From the IMG/VR virus record IMGVR_UViG_3300033076_001140, positions 1 to 42,784 of that record: 42,784 nucleotides of DNA. One strand, written 5' to 3'. The notes below the pieces were generated by a model. It ran no database searches. It saw nothing but the letters and a program-made list of their open reading frames with translations, and was not told the DNA's origin. This document shows, piece by piece, positions 1-8,314 of this stretch; the stretch's first letter is position 1; every line of letters begins with the position of its first letter. The position numbers were made by a program, and so were the translations under genes. The DNA is from a virus (taxonomy: Duplodnaviria; Caudoviricetes).

Positions 1-867
1 TGGAAGAACCCGCTGAAGTGGGACCGGGAGGCGAAGGCGGAAGGCGTGCGGAAGCGGGTCTTCTGCGCGTCACTGGCGGACGTGTTCGAGGATTGGCAGG
101 GGCCGATGAATAACGCCGATGGCCTTGCTCTGCACAAGTGGCATATGTCAATGGATTCTTACCGTTGGTTCGATGCTTCAAATGAGACGCAGCATTACAA
201 GCCGGAAGAGTGCGTACCAATCACGATGGCCGACGTGCGCCACCGGCTGTTCGCCATGATCGACGCTACGCAGAACCTCGACTGGCTGCTGCTGACGAAG
301 CGACCGGAGAACGTCTTACGGATGTTACCCCCTTTGCCGGTCACTAAAGTTCTTGGCGCATATACGGCGATGGAAGTCATGACGCGTCCCAACCTATGGA
401 TCGGAACCAGCGTCGAAAACCAGCAGGCCGCCGACGATCGTATCCCGCACCTGCTCCGGGTGCCGGCGGCGGTGCGGTTCTTGTCGTGCGAGCCGTTGCT
501 GGGGGCGGTGGACCTTGGAGAGGTACCTGTGGGTATGCTCGGTGCCCTCCGTCCTGGAGCCGCACCAGACGCCGGGCCTCGGATCGATTGGGTGATCGCC
601 GGCGGCGAATCCGGCCCCGGCGCGCGGCCATGCCATCCGGATTGGGTTCGCAGTCTGCGGGACCAGTGTTCCGCGGCGGGGGTGCCGTTCTTCTTCAAGC
701 AGTGGGGTCGATGGCAGCCCATACAGACGGTTGATGGCGTGCAGGAATTGCCATTCGGAAACTATGACACGCAGACCGGCCAAGGATTTTTGGACAAGGG
801 CAAGAAATCCGCCGGCCGCCTGCTGGACGGCGTGGAATACAACGGGATGCCGGAGGTGATGGTGTGA
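1..867 (+). CDS. Phage Gp37/Gp68 (DUF5131) family protein, C-terminal part (joined to 42602..42784 across the circular junction)
   Basis: Motifs RVFCASLADVFE, LLLTKRPEN, WIGTSVENQ, RFLSCEPLLG, DWVIAGGESG, PFFFKQWG; frame 1 continues the ORF that starts at 42602. Confidence 0.92.
   Translation, partial: WKNPLKWDREAKAEGVRKRVFCASLADVFEDWQGPMNNADGLALHKWHMSMDSYRWFDASNETQHYKPEECVPITMADVRHRLFAMIDATQNLDWLLLTKRPENVLRMLPPLPVTKVLGAYTAMEVMTRPNLWIGTSVENQQAADDRIPHLLRVPAAVRFLSCEPLLGAVDLGEVPVGMLGALRPGAAPDAGPRIDWVIAGGESGPGARPCHPDWVRSLRDQCSAAGVPFFFKQWGRWQPIQTVDGVQELPFGNYDTQTGQGFLDKGKKSAGRLLDGVEYNGMPEVMV
840..862 (+). repeat. 23-bp direct repeat, copy 1 (CAACGGGATGCCGGAGGTGATGG)
   Basis: Matches 1738-1760 with one mismatch; contains GGAGGT RBS. 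Confidence 0.9.
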
Positions 868-1142
868 GGTGGAAATACACAACATTGGAACATGTTGGGA
901 GATGCCGGATCGACGGCGAGGACATACGGATGCGATTCGTTATTCGCATCCGACAAGGCAAAATCCCCGATGTCCTGGAAGTCGAGAAGTTCATACAAGG
1001 CATGGCTTCCAGTCCGGCGACCGTCGAGGAGTATACTCGCAAGCTTTCCAAGCATGTTTCCGGCAAGTGCTGGAAACCAGTCGTGACAGGATTCGGATCG
1101 ACCATGACGCACGGTGAGATTGAATACGAGGTGAAATTGTGA
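864..1142 (+). CDS. Small putative T-fold (QueF-like) protein
   Basis: 92 aa; N-terminal CxxDG, central EE, C-terminal HG-x-I-E pattern like single-domain QueF-like proteins; coupled to a DpdA-like gene. Confidence 0.45.
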   Translation: MRWKYTTLEHVGRCRIDGEDIRMRFVIRIRQGKIPDVLEVEKFIQGMASSPATVEEYTRKLSKHVSGKCWKPVVTGFGSTMTHGEIEYEVKL

Positions 1143-1765
1143 TCGTCCTGTTGGACACGAACGCGAAGCAGTGGGAGACAGCGCCGGAGGAGCTTGGGCA
1201 GTCCGTGCAAATCGGCCAACTACTGACGCCCCTCACGAGGAGGGAATACAGGGGCGGTCCTTTTGCCATCGACAACGGGGCCTTCGCCGGGTTCAACGCC
1301 ACCGGCTTTCGCAACCTGCTTGATCGAAGGAAAGGCAACCGGGACGACTGCCTTTTTGTGGCGGCCCCGGATGTTGTCGGCTCGGCGCGCAGGACATTGG
1401 AGTGCTTCGATCATTGGTACCCGCAATTGTCCGGCTGGCCCATTGCGCTCGTGGCACAGGATGGCCAGGAGGATTTGCCGATTCCTTGGAAGCTGATAAA
1501 CGCCGTGTTCATCGGCGGATCGACCGGATGGAAGTGTGGCCCGCACGCAGCGGCCGTTATCAAGGCGGCACAGGCGATTGGGAAATGGGTCCATGTCGGC
1601 CGGGTAAACACGCCCGACAGGTTCGAGTATTTCCACGGGCTTGGGGCCGATTCCATCGACGGAACAGGGATCAGCAGGTACTCGCACATGCGGCGCGGTT
1701 TGGTCGATACCAGGCCGCGATTGGAATTTGAAAACTGCAACGGAATGCCGGAGGTGATGGGATGA
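1139..1765 (+). CDS. Putative deazapurine DNA-modification (DpdA/TGT-like) protein
   Basis: Motifs FAIDNGAF, APDVVG, FIGGSTGWK, VHVGRVN, DSIDGTG resemble TGT-fold phage proteins. Confidence 0.6.
   Translation: MIVLLDTNAKQWETAPEELGQSVQIGQLLTPLTRREYRGGPFAIDNGAFAGFNATGFRNLLDRRKGNRDDCLFVAAPDVVGSARRTLECFDHWYPQLSGWPIALVAQDGQEDLPIPWKLINAVFIGGSTGWKCGPHAAAVIKAAQAIGKWVHVGRVNTPDRFEYFHGLGADSIDGTGISRYSHMRRGLVDTRPRLEFENCNGMPEVMG
1738..1760 (+). repeat. 23-bp direct repeat, copy 2 (CAACGGAATGCCGGAGGTGATGG)
   Basis: Matches 840-862; both genes end NGMPEVM. Confidence 0.9.
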
Positions 1766-1983
1766 ACGAGCCAGTCAAAATGCCCGACCAACCCGGATGG
1801 TATTGGGCCAAGTTCGCCAGCGGTTCGCACGGCGAGACCATCCTCCGCGCGGTCCGGGTGTACGCGCTGTCATCCGGCGACCTGTGGGGCGAGTTCGCTC
1901 TTTGGGGCGTCGTCCACGATCAACCGCTGGGGCTCCTGCCGTCGGCGAAGTGGTGGAGGATGCAAGAGCCGGAAGAGGATTGA
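1762..1983 (+). CDS. Hypothetical protein (PxxPGWYW motif)
   Basis: ATGA-coupled with RBS; small phage protein. Confidence 0.7.
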   Translation: MNEPVKMPDQPGWYWAKFASGSHGETILRAVRVYALSSGDLWGEFALWGVVHDQPLGLLPSAKWWRMQEPEED

Positions 1984-2093
1984 AGGCCCGGAAATGAACA
2001 AGGCCGGGGGTGCAACGAACACCCGCCGGCCGGATCGGAAACGCTGACCGCATCCCCGTACGGGCATTCTACGCCGTCACGGGGGACGATGCT

Positions 2094-2711
2094 ATGCCGA
2101 AAGGCATGCCGAAGGATAGGAAGCAGGATCGACCGCTCACGTCCAATCAGCGGCGGAAGTTCGAAGCGATGCGCGAGGTCGCGAGGATCGAGGCGACCCG
2201 CTTCGCATCCGAGCAGGGCATCATGGGCCGCCTCGACGAGGTGATCTCCCACGCCGACGAATCGATCTTACTCGCCTCCCGCGACCACGACGCAACCAAA
2301 TCCAACGTCCGCACCTTCGCCCGGTTCGTCGTCCGTCGATCCTGGCGGGCATGGTTCAGAATCGAGAAGAAACGCAGGCTCCCGCCGCAGCCGGACCAGG
2401 ACGACCCGCGGGCATTCTCTTGCGACCCGCACAACGTCGTCGACCGCGAGCCTTCGCCGGCGGAGCAGGCCGAGAAGAGGGAGGACCGCGAATCAGTCCA
2501 CCGTGCGATCGGAATGCTCTCATCGCTTGACCGAGAAGTGATCCGGCTTCTCTTCTTCGAGCACGAAACGCTGGGCGAGGTCGCGAAGAAAATGGGCTGC
2601 ACGTTCAACCGGGTCCATCAGATGCGAAACGAGGCCCTGCGTCGGCTGCGGTTGATCCTTGATCCGGAATCGCCGGACGAAGGACGGCATCTCTTCAGTT
2701 CCGCGGCGTGA
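2094..2711 (+). CDS. Phage-encoded sigma70-family RNA polymerase sigma factor
   Basis: Region 2-like TFARFVVRR; region 4 HTH LSSLDREVIRLLFFEHETLGEVAKKMGCTFNRVHQMRNEALRRLR; start uncertain. Confidence 0.85.
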   Translation: MPKGMPKDRKQDRPLTSNQRRKFEAMREVARIEATRFASEQGIMGRLDEVISHADESILLASRDHDATKSNVRTFARFVVRRSWRAWFRIEKKRRLPPQPDQDDPRAFSCDPHNVVDREPSPAEQAEKREDRESVHRAIGMLSSLDREVIRLLFFEHETLGEVAKKMGCTFNRVHQMRNEALRRLRLILDPESPDEGRHLFSSAA

Positions 2712-2724
2712 TCGCGAATAGTTA
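2694..2724 (+). promoter_or_regulatory. Putative late promoter copy 1 (TTCAGTT-N13-GCGAATAGTTA)
   Basis: One of four copies with identical spacing; upstream of the terminase operon. Confidence 0.8.
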
Positions 2725-2746
2725 CTACGGACGGAGGCGCAAAGAT

Positions 2747-3349
2747 ATGGCGCGCAAAAGCGGTGCCACACCGAAGGCATGCAGCAAGGCGCAGGCGGAG
2801 GCGATTCAGGAAAAGAAGCGGGAGCGGATCGCCGTCCTGTACCTCCGGGGCCGCACGCAGCAAGAGATCGCCGACGACCCGGAAGTCGCCCTCAACGTTG
2901 GCAACGTCTGCCGGCACCTGAAGGCCATCCGCGAGGAGTGGAAGTCGCGGGCATCCGAGGAATACGGCGTCCGCCTCAACCGCGAGCTGGACAAGCTGGA
3001 CCTGGTCGAATCGACGGCCTGGACCGAGTACGAGCGGAGCCGGCAGGATGCGGTCCGCAAGGTGGCCGAGGACAACGGCGGGAAGGTGAAGAAGTCGATT
3101 GTCACCGAAGGCCAGTGCGGCGACCCGCGATACCTCGGCATCGTGATGGATTGCGTGGACAAGCGGCTGAAGATCCTCGGGGCCTATGCTGCGGTGAAGA
3201 TCGCACCGACCACGCCCGAGGGAGACAAGCCGTTCAACCCGTTTGCGGCGATGCCCATCGACCAACTCATGGCGATGGGACGGCATCTAATTCAAGGCGA
3301 GGACAATGGCGAATCCGCCCATCCCGCCATCGCCAAGCTGGAGGCGTGA
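2747..3349 (+). CDS. Putative terminase small subunit (N-terminal HTH)
   Basis: RRERIAVLYLRGRTQQEIA HTH; directly upstream of and coupled to terL. Confidence 0.7.
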   Translation: MARKSGATPKACSKAQAEAIQEKKRERIAVLYLRGRTQQEIADDPEVALNVGNVCRHLKAIREEWKSRASEEYGVRLNRELDKLDLVESTAWTEYERSRQDAVRKVAEDNGGKVKKSIVTEGQCGDPRYLGIVMDCVDKRLKILGAYAAVKIAPTTPEGDKPFNPFAAMPIDQLMAMGRHLIQGEDNGESAHPAIAKLEA

Positions 3350-4839
3350 TGTCCGGACGGTCCAGCCTGGTCACGAGCCCCGCCACCCGGGAGCAGGTCC
3401 GCCTCGCCTTGGCCGAGCGGCTCTGGCTGGACTACCAGCGGCGCGACCCGTTCGGAGCGTTCTGCAAATGGGTGACACCGGAGTGGGATTGGGATTGGAA
3501 CCACCTCGTTTTCACGCGGCAGGAAATCTACAAGGCGGAGGCCGGCAAGAAGGAGGGCAAGCGGTTCCGGCTCATCATCTGCGAACCCCCGCAGCACGGT
3601 AAGACCGAGATGGCGACCATCCGCTACGGCTGCTACCGGTTCTGGCGGAACCCCGACGAGCGTGGGTGGGTGTTGAGCTACAACCAGGAGCGTGCCGAGC
3701 GGGACCTGTCCCTTCCGATCCAACGTATTTGCGAAGAGAAGCTGGGGATGGAGATCGACCCGCGGCAGCGGTCCCTTAACCTGTGGGCGTTCAAAGGGCG
3801 GCGTGGCTTTCTCCGCGCGGCGGGCGTCGGCTCCGGCATCGCTGGCAAGCCGGCCGACTTCGTCCTTCTCGACGACTTGTTCGGCAACTCGGGGGACGCT
3901 GAATCCCCGGCCTACCGCCGCGAGGTCTGGAGGTGGATCAAATCGGACGTCTATCCGCGACTTCAGGAAAGCGCGGACCTGATCGCGGTCAATACCCGCT
4001 GGCACGAGTCCGACCACATCGGGCAGATCCTCGCCAGCGAATGGGGCAGCGATTTCCGCGTCGTCATCCTTCGCTCCATAGGCGAAGGGGACGACCCGGC
4101 AGGCTTTGTCCGCGATCCGTCCGGGGCGCTCTGTCCGCAGCGGTTCTCCATCCAGGCGTTGGAGGACAAGCGGCGGGTGATGGGGGCGGAATTCGAGACG
4201 CAATACCAGTGCCGGCCTTACAAGCGCGGCGGGTCGATGTTTCCCGTCGCCAAGGCGGAGATCGTCCCGGCGGCGCCGGCCTCGTTCGTTTCGGTCTGGC
4301 GGGGATGGGACAAGGCGGCAACGGCGGGCGGCGGGGACTACTCGGCCGGCGTCCTGGTGGGGAAGGGCCACGACGGGCTGTTCTACGTCCTCGATTGCAA
4401 GCGGGGCCAATGGGCGGCCGCCGAACGGAACGCCATGATGAAGCAGACGGCATTCCTCGACGGGGTTAAGTACCCGGCCCACCGCATCCACATCGAGCAG
4501 GAGCCGGGTTCGGGCGGCAAAGAGTCCGCCGAGCTTTCCATCCGCGAGCTTGCCCCGCATCCAGCCGAGGCCTCCGCCATGAGCGGCCGGGGCGCGAAGG
4601 CGGACCGCTGGCGGGGATGGGAAGCCCAATGGCAGGCGGGGAACGTCCGCATCGTCGCGGGCGATTGGAACGAGGAATACCTGGCCGAGCATGAGGCCGC
4701 GCCGAACGGAGCGCACGACGACCAGATCGACGCGACCTACCTCGCGTTCTCCCGGTGCGCACTGGCGGACAACGGAATCACGGCGGACGACATCGGCATC
4801 GGCGGCAACGACACCCTGGATTTGATCGGAGGATTCTGA
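3349..4839 (+). CDS. terL: Terminase large subunit
   Basis: Walker A PPQHGKT, Walker B FVLLDD, TRWH motif, nuclease motifs GWDKA and HDDQIDA; TGATG coupling sets start at 3349. Confidence 0.95.
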   Translation: MSGRSSLVTSPATREQVRLALAERLWLDYQRRDPFGAFCKWVTPEWDWDWNHLVFTRQEIYKAEAGKKEGKRFRLIICEPPQHGKTEMATIRYGCYRFWRNPDERGWVLSYNQERAERDLSLPIQRICEEKLGMEIDPRQRSLNLWAFKGRRGFLRAAGVGSGIAGKPADFVLLDDLFGNSGDAESPAYRREVWRWIKSDVYPRLQESADLIAVNTRWHESDHIGQILASEWGSDFRVVILRSIGEGDDPAGFVRDPSGALCPQRFSIQALEDKRRVMGAEFETQYQCRPYKRGGSMFPVAKAEIVPAAPASFVSVWRGWDKAATAGGGDYSAGVLVGKGHDGLFYVLDCKRGQWAAAERNAMMKQTAFLDGVKYPAHRIHIEQEPGSGGKESAELSIRELAPHPAEASAMSGRGAKADRWRGWEAQWQAGNVRIVAGDWNEEYLAEHEAAPNGAHDDQIDATYLAFSRCALADNGITADDIGIGGNDTLDLIGGF

Positions 4840-7800
4840 TGGGAATCATGGACCTTTTGCGTGGCCGGCCGCGGGCGAGCGTGGACCGCCGCCTTGAACT
4901 CGTGCGGACCGAGGCTTCCGCGCCGCCCGTCCGATCCATCGTCGAGCAGCGGGTTGACATCGCCCGCATGCGGTTGGAACTGCAGGAGCTTCGGAACAGT
5001 TTCCCCGAGCTGGTGACCGCCGACTTCACGTCGATGATCAACCGGCAATCGAAGGCCCTCGGCGACTTCTCCCGCGAAACGTCCGAGATGCGGAAGCTCT
5101 ACCGGGACTACGTCCAATCCGAGCCGACGGTCAAATCCGCCTTGATCGGCAAGGTGGCCGCCGTGGTCTCGAATGACCTCATCATCCGCCCGCAGGACGA
5201 GGATGACCCGCAGCAGCGTGCCGAGGCGGAGTTCGTCGAGGCAGCCCTCGCCAATATCGACGGCGGCATGCCGATCGCCCTGGCCCATTGGGTGCTGGCC
5301 GGCCTGGTGGACGGGTGGTCGATCAGCGAGAAGGTCTGGTCCGTCGGCGACCAAGGCAAGATGCGTGGACGGTGGACCATCGCGGCACTGAAGAGCAAGG
5401 ACACCCGCGACCTGACACCCATCACCGACGCCTACCGCAACGTGATCGGGATCGAGTCGTCGAAGGATTCGAATGCGATCTTCGAGCCGAGCGCGTTCCT
5501 GCGGATGGCCTACCTGCCGTTCTTCGAATCGCCGACCGGGACGAGCGACCTCCGCGCCGCCGTCTCCTACGTCCAGTTCAAGCAACAGGCGATCAAGCTG
5601 CGGATGATCTACCTCGACAAGTTCACGGGGCCCTACATCCAGGGCGAGTTCACGGACAAGAACGACAAGAAGGCCCTCGAAACCGCCCTGCTACAAGCGC
5701 GGGCGACCGGCGTGATCGTGACCCGCTCCGGCACGAAGCTGACCCTGCACGACCTCGCCACCAAGGGGACCGCCGACTTCAAGGCGGCCATCGAGGACAT
5801 CGACAAGATGATCGTCGTCTCCGTGCACGGCGCGTTCCTGCACATGCTGGAAGGGAACAACAAGGACGCGCGGGGCAATTCCAACACGCAGGAGCGGACC
5901 ACCAAGGGCTTCTACTGGCTCTTGGCCGAGTACGTGAAGGGCGCGGTCCGTCGGGACATCGTCGGCGACCTGATCCGCTACAACTTCGGGCCGCATCGTC
6001 CGGTCCCGTGGGTGGAGTTCGAGTCCATCGACCCGACAGCCGTGGCGGCGAACCTCGACGTTGCCATGAAGCTGCAGGCAATGGGCGTTCCGATCTCGAA
6101 GCGGCAGGCGTACAAGAGTTCCGGGTGGGCCCCGCCGAAGGACGAGCAGGACGCCGCGGTTCCGCCAGCGCCGACGATGGCGGGCGGGCTGCCTGGCGGC
6201 GCTCCTGGGATGCCGGGAGCGGATCCAAGCCAGCCGGTCCAAACCGGTCAGGCGGCGCCGGTCAACGCGAACCCGCTGCTCCAAACGGTCGGCGGTGCGA
6301 CGAGCCTGACCGACCTGCAGACGGCGTTCGGCCGCGGGGAAATCTCCCGCGAGGCCGCGATCAACAACGCCCAGATCGTGTTCGGACTGGATGAGGCCAC
6401 GGCCGGCCGTTTGTTCCTCGACGTTCCGAAGCCTGCCGCCGATCCAAACGCGAAGAAGGAAACCGCCCCCGGAGGTGGCGGGCCCGGCCCTTTTGACCAA
6501 GGCCCGGCCAAGTTCGCGGAAGACAAAGCCAAGCCGGGCAGCGAGATTGCCCTCGCCGGCAAGGACGGGAAAGCGGCGGCCGGCCTGATGCAGCGGTGCA
6601 TCGATGACGGCAAGGCGGCGATGGAACTGGCGACGCGCGGCATGGTCGAAAGGTCGCTCAAAGCAGGCCATTTGGTGCCGTTCGATGCCGAGGAGTCCAA
6701 GCTGATCCGGGACAGCATCGCCTCGACGCTGGCGACCTCGGAACTGCTGGGGAGATCCCGCATCCGCGAGAAGGCCGCGAAAGCCGAGGCGGCGGGCGGG
6801 CTGTACAAGCTGGCGGAGGAGCAACCGTTCAGCACATTCGCGGACGCTCCGGGCTTCGGCGGATTCCGTCCCCTGCCTCCCATCGAGGCGGCGAACTACT
6901 TCACCGCGTTGGTGCCGTCCCTCGACCTCGACGCGCGGGCGTTCGCCGCGGCGGCGGAGCGGCAGGCATTCACGTTGGCGGCGGCGACCGAGGACGTCCT
7001 GCTCCGTCGGGTCCGGGATTCGCTCCAAGCCAACATGGTCAGCGGCGGCCGGGGCGGCGGGTTCCGTGATGTGCAGGAGATCCTCGATGCGGCGGGCGTC
7101 TCCACGAGCAACCCGCAGTATGCGGAAATGGTCCAGCGGACGAACATGATGGACGCCTACAACGTCGGTGCGCAGCGCGAGCTTCAGGCGCCGGACATGC
7201 AGGACGTGTTCAAAGTTTTCCAGTATCTAGGAGTAGACGATGGACGCCAAGGATCGGACCACGCCCCGCACTTCGGCAAGTACTACCCATCGGACAAAGT
7301 GAGTTTTGAACAAGTGCGTGGCAAGAGGGTTTTCAATTGTCGCTGCGTTATTCCGGGGCAGATGATCGCAGGCAATATACGGGGTGCTTCAAAAGCCATT
7401 TACGCGGGCCAGACCGTCGAAATCCATACGGCGAACGGCGGCAGGCTCACCGTCACTCCTAATCACCCCGTACTTACCGAAAATGGTTTTGTCGATGCTA
7501 GCAAGCTCAAACCAGGCGACCACCTTGTCAACTATGGGCTGTCCGCCGATGCTCTGCTTTTGAGCGGCAACGAAGAGTACCGCCCATCCTTGATTGAGGA
7601 TGTATTCGATGCGATTGCGATACTCGCCGGGCGACCGTTGCTCGCCGACGCCTCTGGATTCGACTTCCACGGCGACGGTCGTTCCATTCAAGGCAAAGTC
7701 GAGATTGTAAGGACCAACGGGGACCTGCTGCAATACGGCAAGATTCCTTTGCTTCAGGGCATTGGCAAGGACGGCTTCCTTCGCGGTGATATGAGTCTGC

Positions 7801-8258
7801 CGGTTGAATCGCGTGACGGCCCGCTTGATCCTGCCCTCCAAGGTAAAAACGTGGCCGGGGGCAGCGTTGATCAAGTGGGAAGCGATCTTTCGCTTTTCGT
7901 CCCCGCTCATGCCGGCGAATCGATGGGCGGCGGTCTCCTTAAGGGAACGGATCGGGACGCCGCTCCGCTTGAGGTGGTAACGAACAAGCTGTCTATCGCA
8001 CCCGAATGCCTTGGCTATGAAGGAAAGCGACTGCCCGCCGGCATATCGTTTGATCGCATCGTCAACATCAATCTTGGTCATTGGAACGGCCCGGTTTACG
8101 ACTTGGAATCCGATATAGGATTTTACGCGGCCGGTTTCCAAAAAGGGAGCGGATTCCAAGGCTTGATAGTCCACAATTGCACCTTCAATCCCATCGACCG
8201 CTGGACGTGGGAGGAGGACCTGGTGCCGGCCGGGGCGGTCCTCGAAACGTCGTGGTAA
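4839..8258 (+). CDS. Portal protein (DUF935/Mu gp29-like) fused to MuF-like head morphogenesis domain containing an intein
   Basis: Follows terL; portal-like N-terminal ~440 aa; Pro/Gly linker; MuF motifs RQAFTLA, RTNMMDAYNVG, YLGVDDGRQGSDH, FNCR/CTF. Confidence 0.85.
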   Translation: MGIMDLLRGRPRASVDRRLELVRTEASAPPVRSIVEQRVDIARMRLELQELRNSFPELVTADFTSMINRQSKALGDFSRETSEMRKLYRDYVQSEPTVKSALIGKVAAVVSNDLIIRPQDEDDPQQRAEAEFVEAALANIDGGMPIALAHWVLAGLVDGWSISEKVWSVGDQGKMRGRWTIAALKSKDTRDLTPITDAYRNVIGIESSKDSNAIFEPSAFLRMAYLPFFESPTGTSDLRAAVSYVQFKQQAIKLRMIYLDKFTGPYIQGEFTDKNDKKALETALLQARATGVIVTRSGTKLTLHDLATKGTADFKAAIEDIDKMIVVSVHGAFLHMLEGNNKDARGNSNTQERTTKGFYWLLAEYVKGAVRRDIVGDLIRYNFGPHRPVPWVEFESIDPTAVAANLDVAMKLQAMGVPISKRQAYKSSGWAPPKDEQDAAVPPAPTMAGGLPGGAPGMPGADPSQPVQTGQAAPVNANPLLQTVGGATSLTDLQTAFGRGEISREAAINNAQIVFGLDEATAGRLFLDVPKPAADPNAKKETAPGGGGPGPFDQGPAKFAEDKAKPGSEIALAGKDGKAAAGLMQRCIDDGKAAMELATRGMVERSLKAGHLVPFDAEESKLIRDSIASTLATSELLGRSRIREKAAKAEAAGGLYKLAEEQPFSTFADAPGFGGFRPLPPIEAANYFTALVPSLDLDARAFAAAAERQAFTLAAATEDVLLRRVRDSLQANMVSGGRGGGFRDVQEILDAAGVSTSNPQYAEMVQRTNMMDAYNVGAQRELQAPDMQDVFKVFQYLGVDDGRQGSDHAPHFGKYYPSDKVSFEQVRGKRVFNCRCVIPGQMIAGNIRGASKAIYAGQTVEIHTANGGRLTVTPNHPVLTENGFVDASKLKPGDHLVNYGLSADALLLSGNEEYRPSLIEDVFDAIAILAGRPLLADASGFDFHGDGRSIQGKVEIVRTNGDLLQYGKIPLLQGIGKDGFLRGDMSLPVESRDGPLDPALQGKNVAGGSVDQVGSDLSLFVPAHAGESMGGGLLKGTDRDAAPLEVVTNKLSIAPECLGYEGKRLPAGISFDRIVNINLGHWNGPVYDLESDIGFYAAGFQKGSGFQGLIVHNCTFNPIDRWTWEEDLVPAGAVLETSW
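7344..8177 (+). mobile_element. Intein (278 aa) inserted in the MuF NCRC motif
   Basis: Cys1 (CVIPG), block B LTVTPNHPVLT, block F VYDLES, block G IVHN followed by Cys+1; splicing restores FNCRCTFNPI; less GC-rich than flanks. Confidence 0.92.
7389..8081 (-). CDS. HTH + DUF559/Vsr-like endonuclease nested antisense inside the intein (putative homing endonuclease)
   Basis: N-terminal HTH (RYAGGQSLSFIAKAFGCDRQLVRYHLKRSGVPIR); C-terminal EAVLANAL..QQVPVGPYNLDFAL..VAVEVES..R..YILNQGWAVLFV; frame open up to 8174. Confidence 0.82.
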   Translation of the reverse strand: MTKIDVDDAIKRYAGGQSLSFIAKAFGCDRQLVRYHLKRSGVPIRSLKETAAHRFAGMSGDEKRKIASHLINAAPGHVFTLEGRIKRAVTRFNRQTHITAKEAVLANALKQRNLAVLQQVPVGPYNLDFALNGTTVAVEVESRGVGEQRSPGEYRNRIEYILNQGWAVLFVAAQKQSIGGQPIVDKVVAWFELASIDKTIFGKYGVIRSDGEPAAVRRMDFDGLARVNGF

Positions 8259-8280
8259 GCCTTGTTTTTCTCGCCCGCAT

Positions 8281-8311
8281 TTCAGTTTTGCCCGGTCGGC
8301 GCGAATAGTTA
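8281..8311 (+). promoter_or_regulatory. Putative late promoter copy 2 (TTCAGTT-N13-GCGAATAGTTA)
   Basis: ATG 8315 lies 3 nt after the motif, no SD. Confidence 0.8.
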
Positions 8312-8314
8312 CCC

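Noticed and set aside
2779-3348. N-terminal extension of the 686-aa terminase ORF; likewise the extensions from 4755, 23038 and 40460
   Set aside because: They overlap real upstream genes in another frame; coupled starts, RBS or promoter position support 3349, 4839, 23314 and 40661
3292-7028. Long antisense ORFs over terminase/portal, and similar ones at 20094..21848, 30000..31283 and 36100..37281
   Set aside because: Typical high-GC shadow frames with no recognisable motifs, unlike the antisense ORF inside the intein
7560-8040. In-frame LAGLIDADG or HNH endonuclease within the intein
   Set aside because: No such motifs in the sense translation; the recognisable nuclease is on the minus strand
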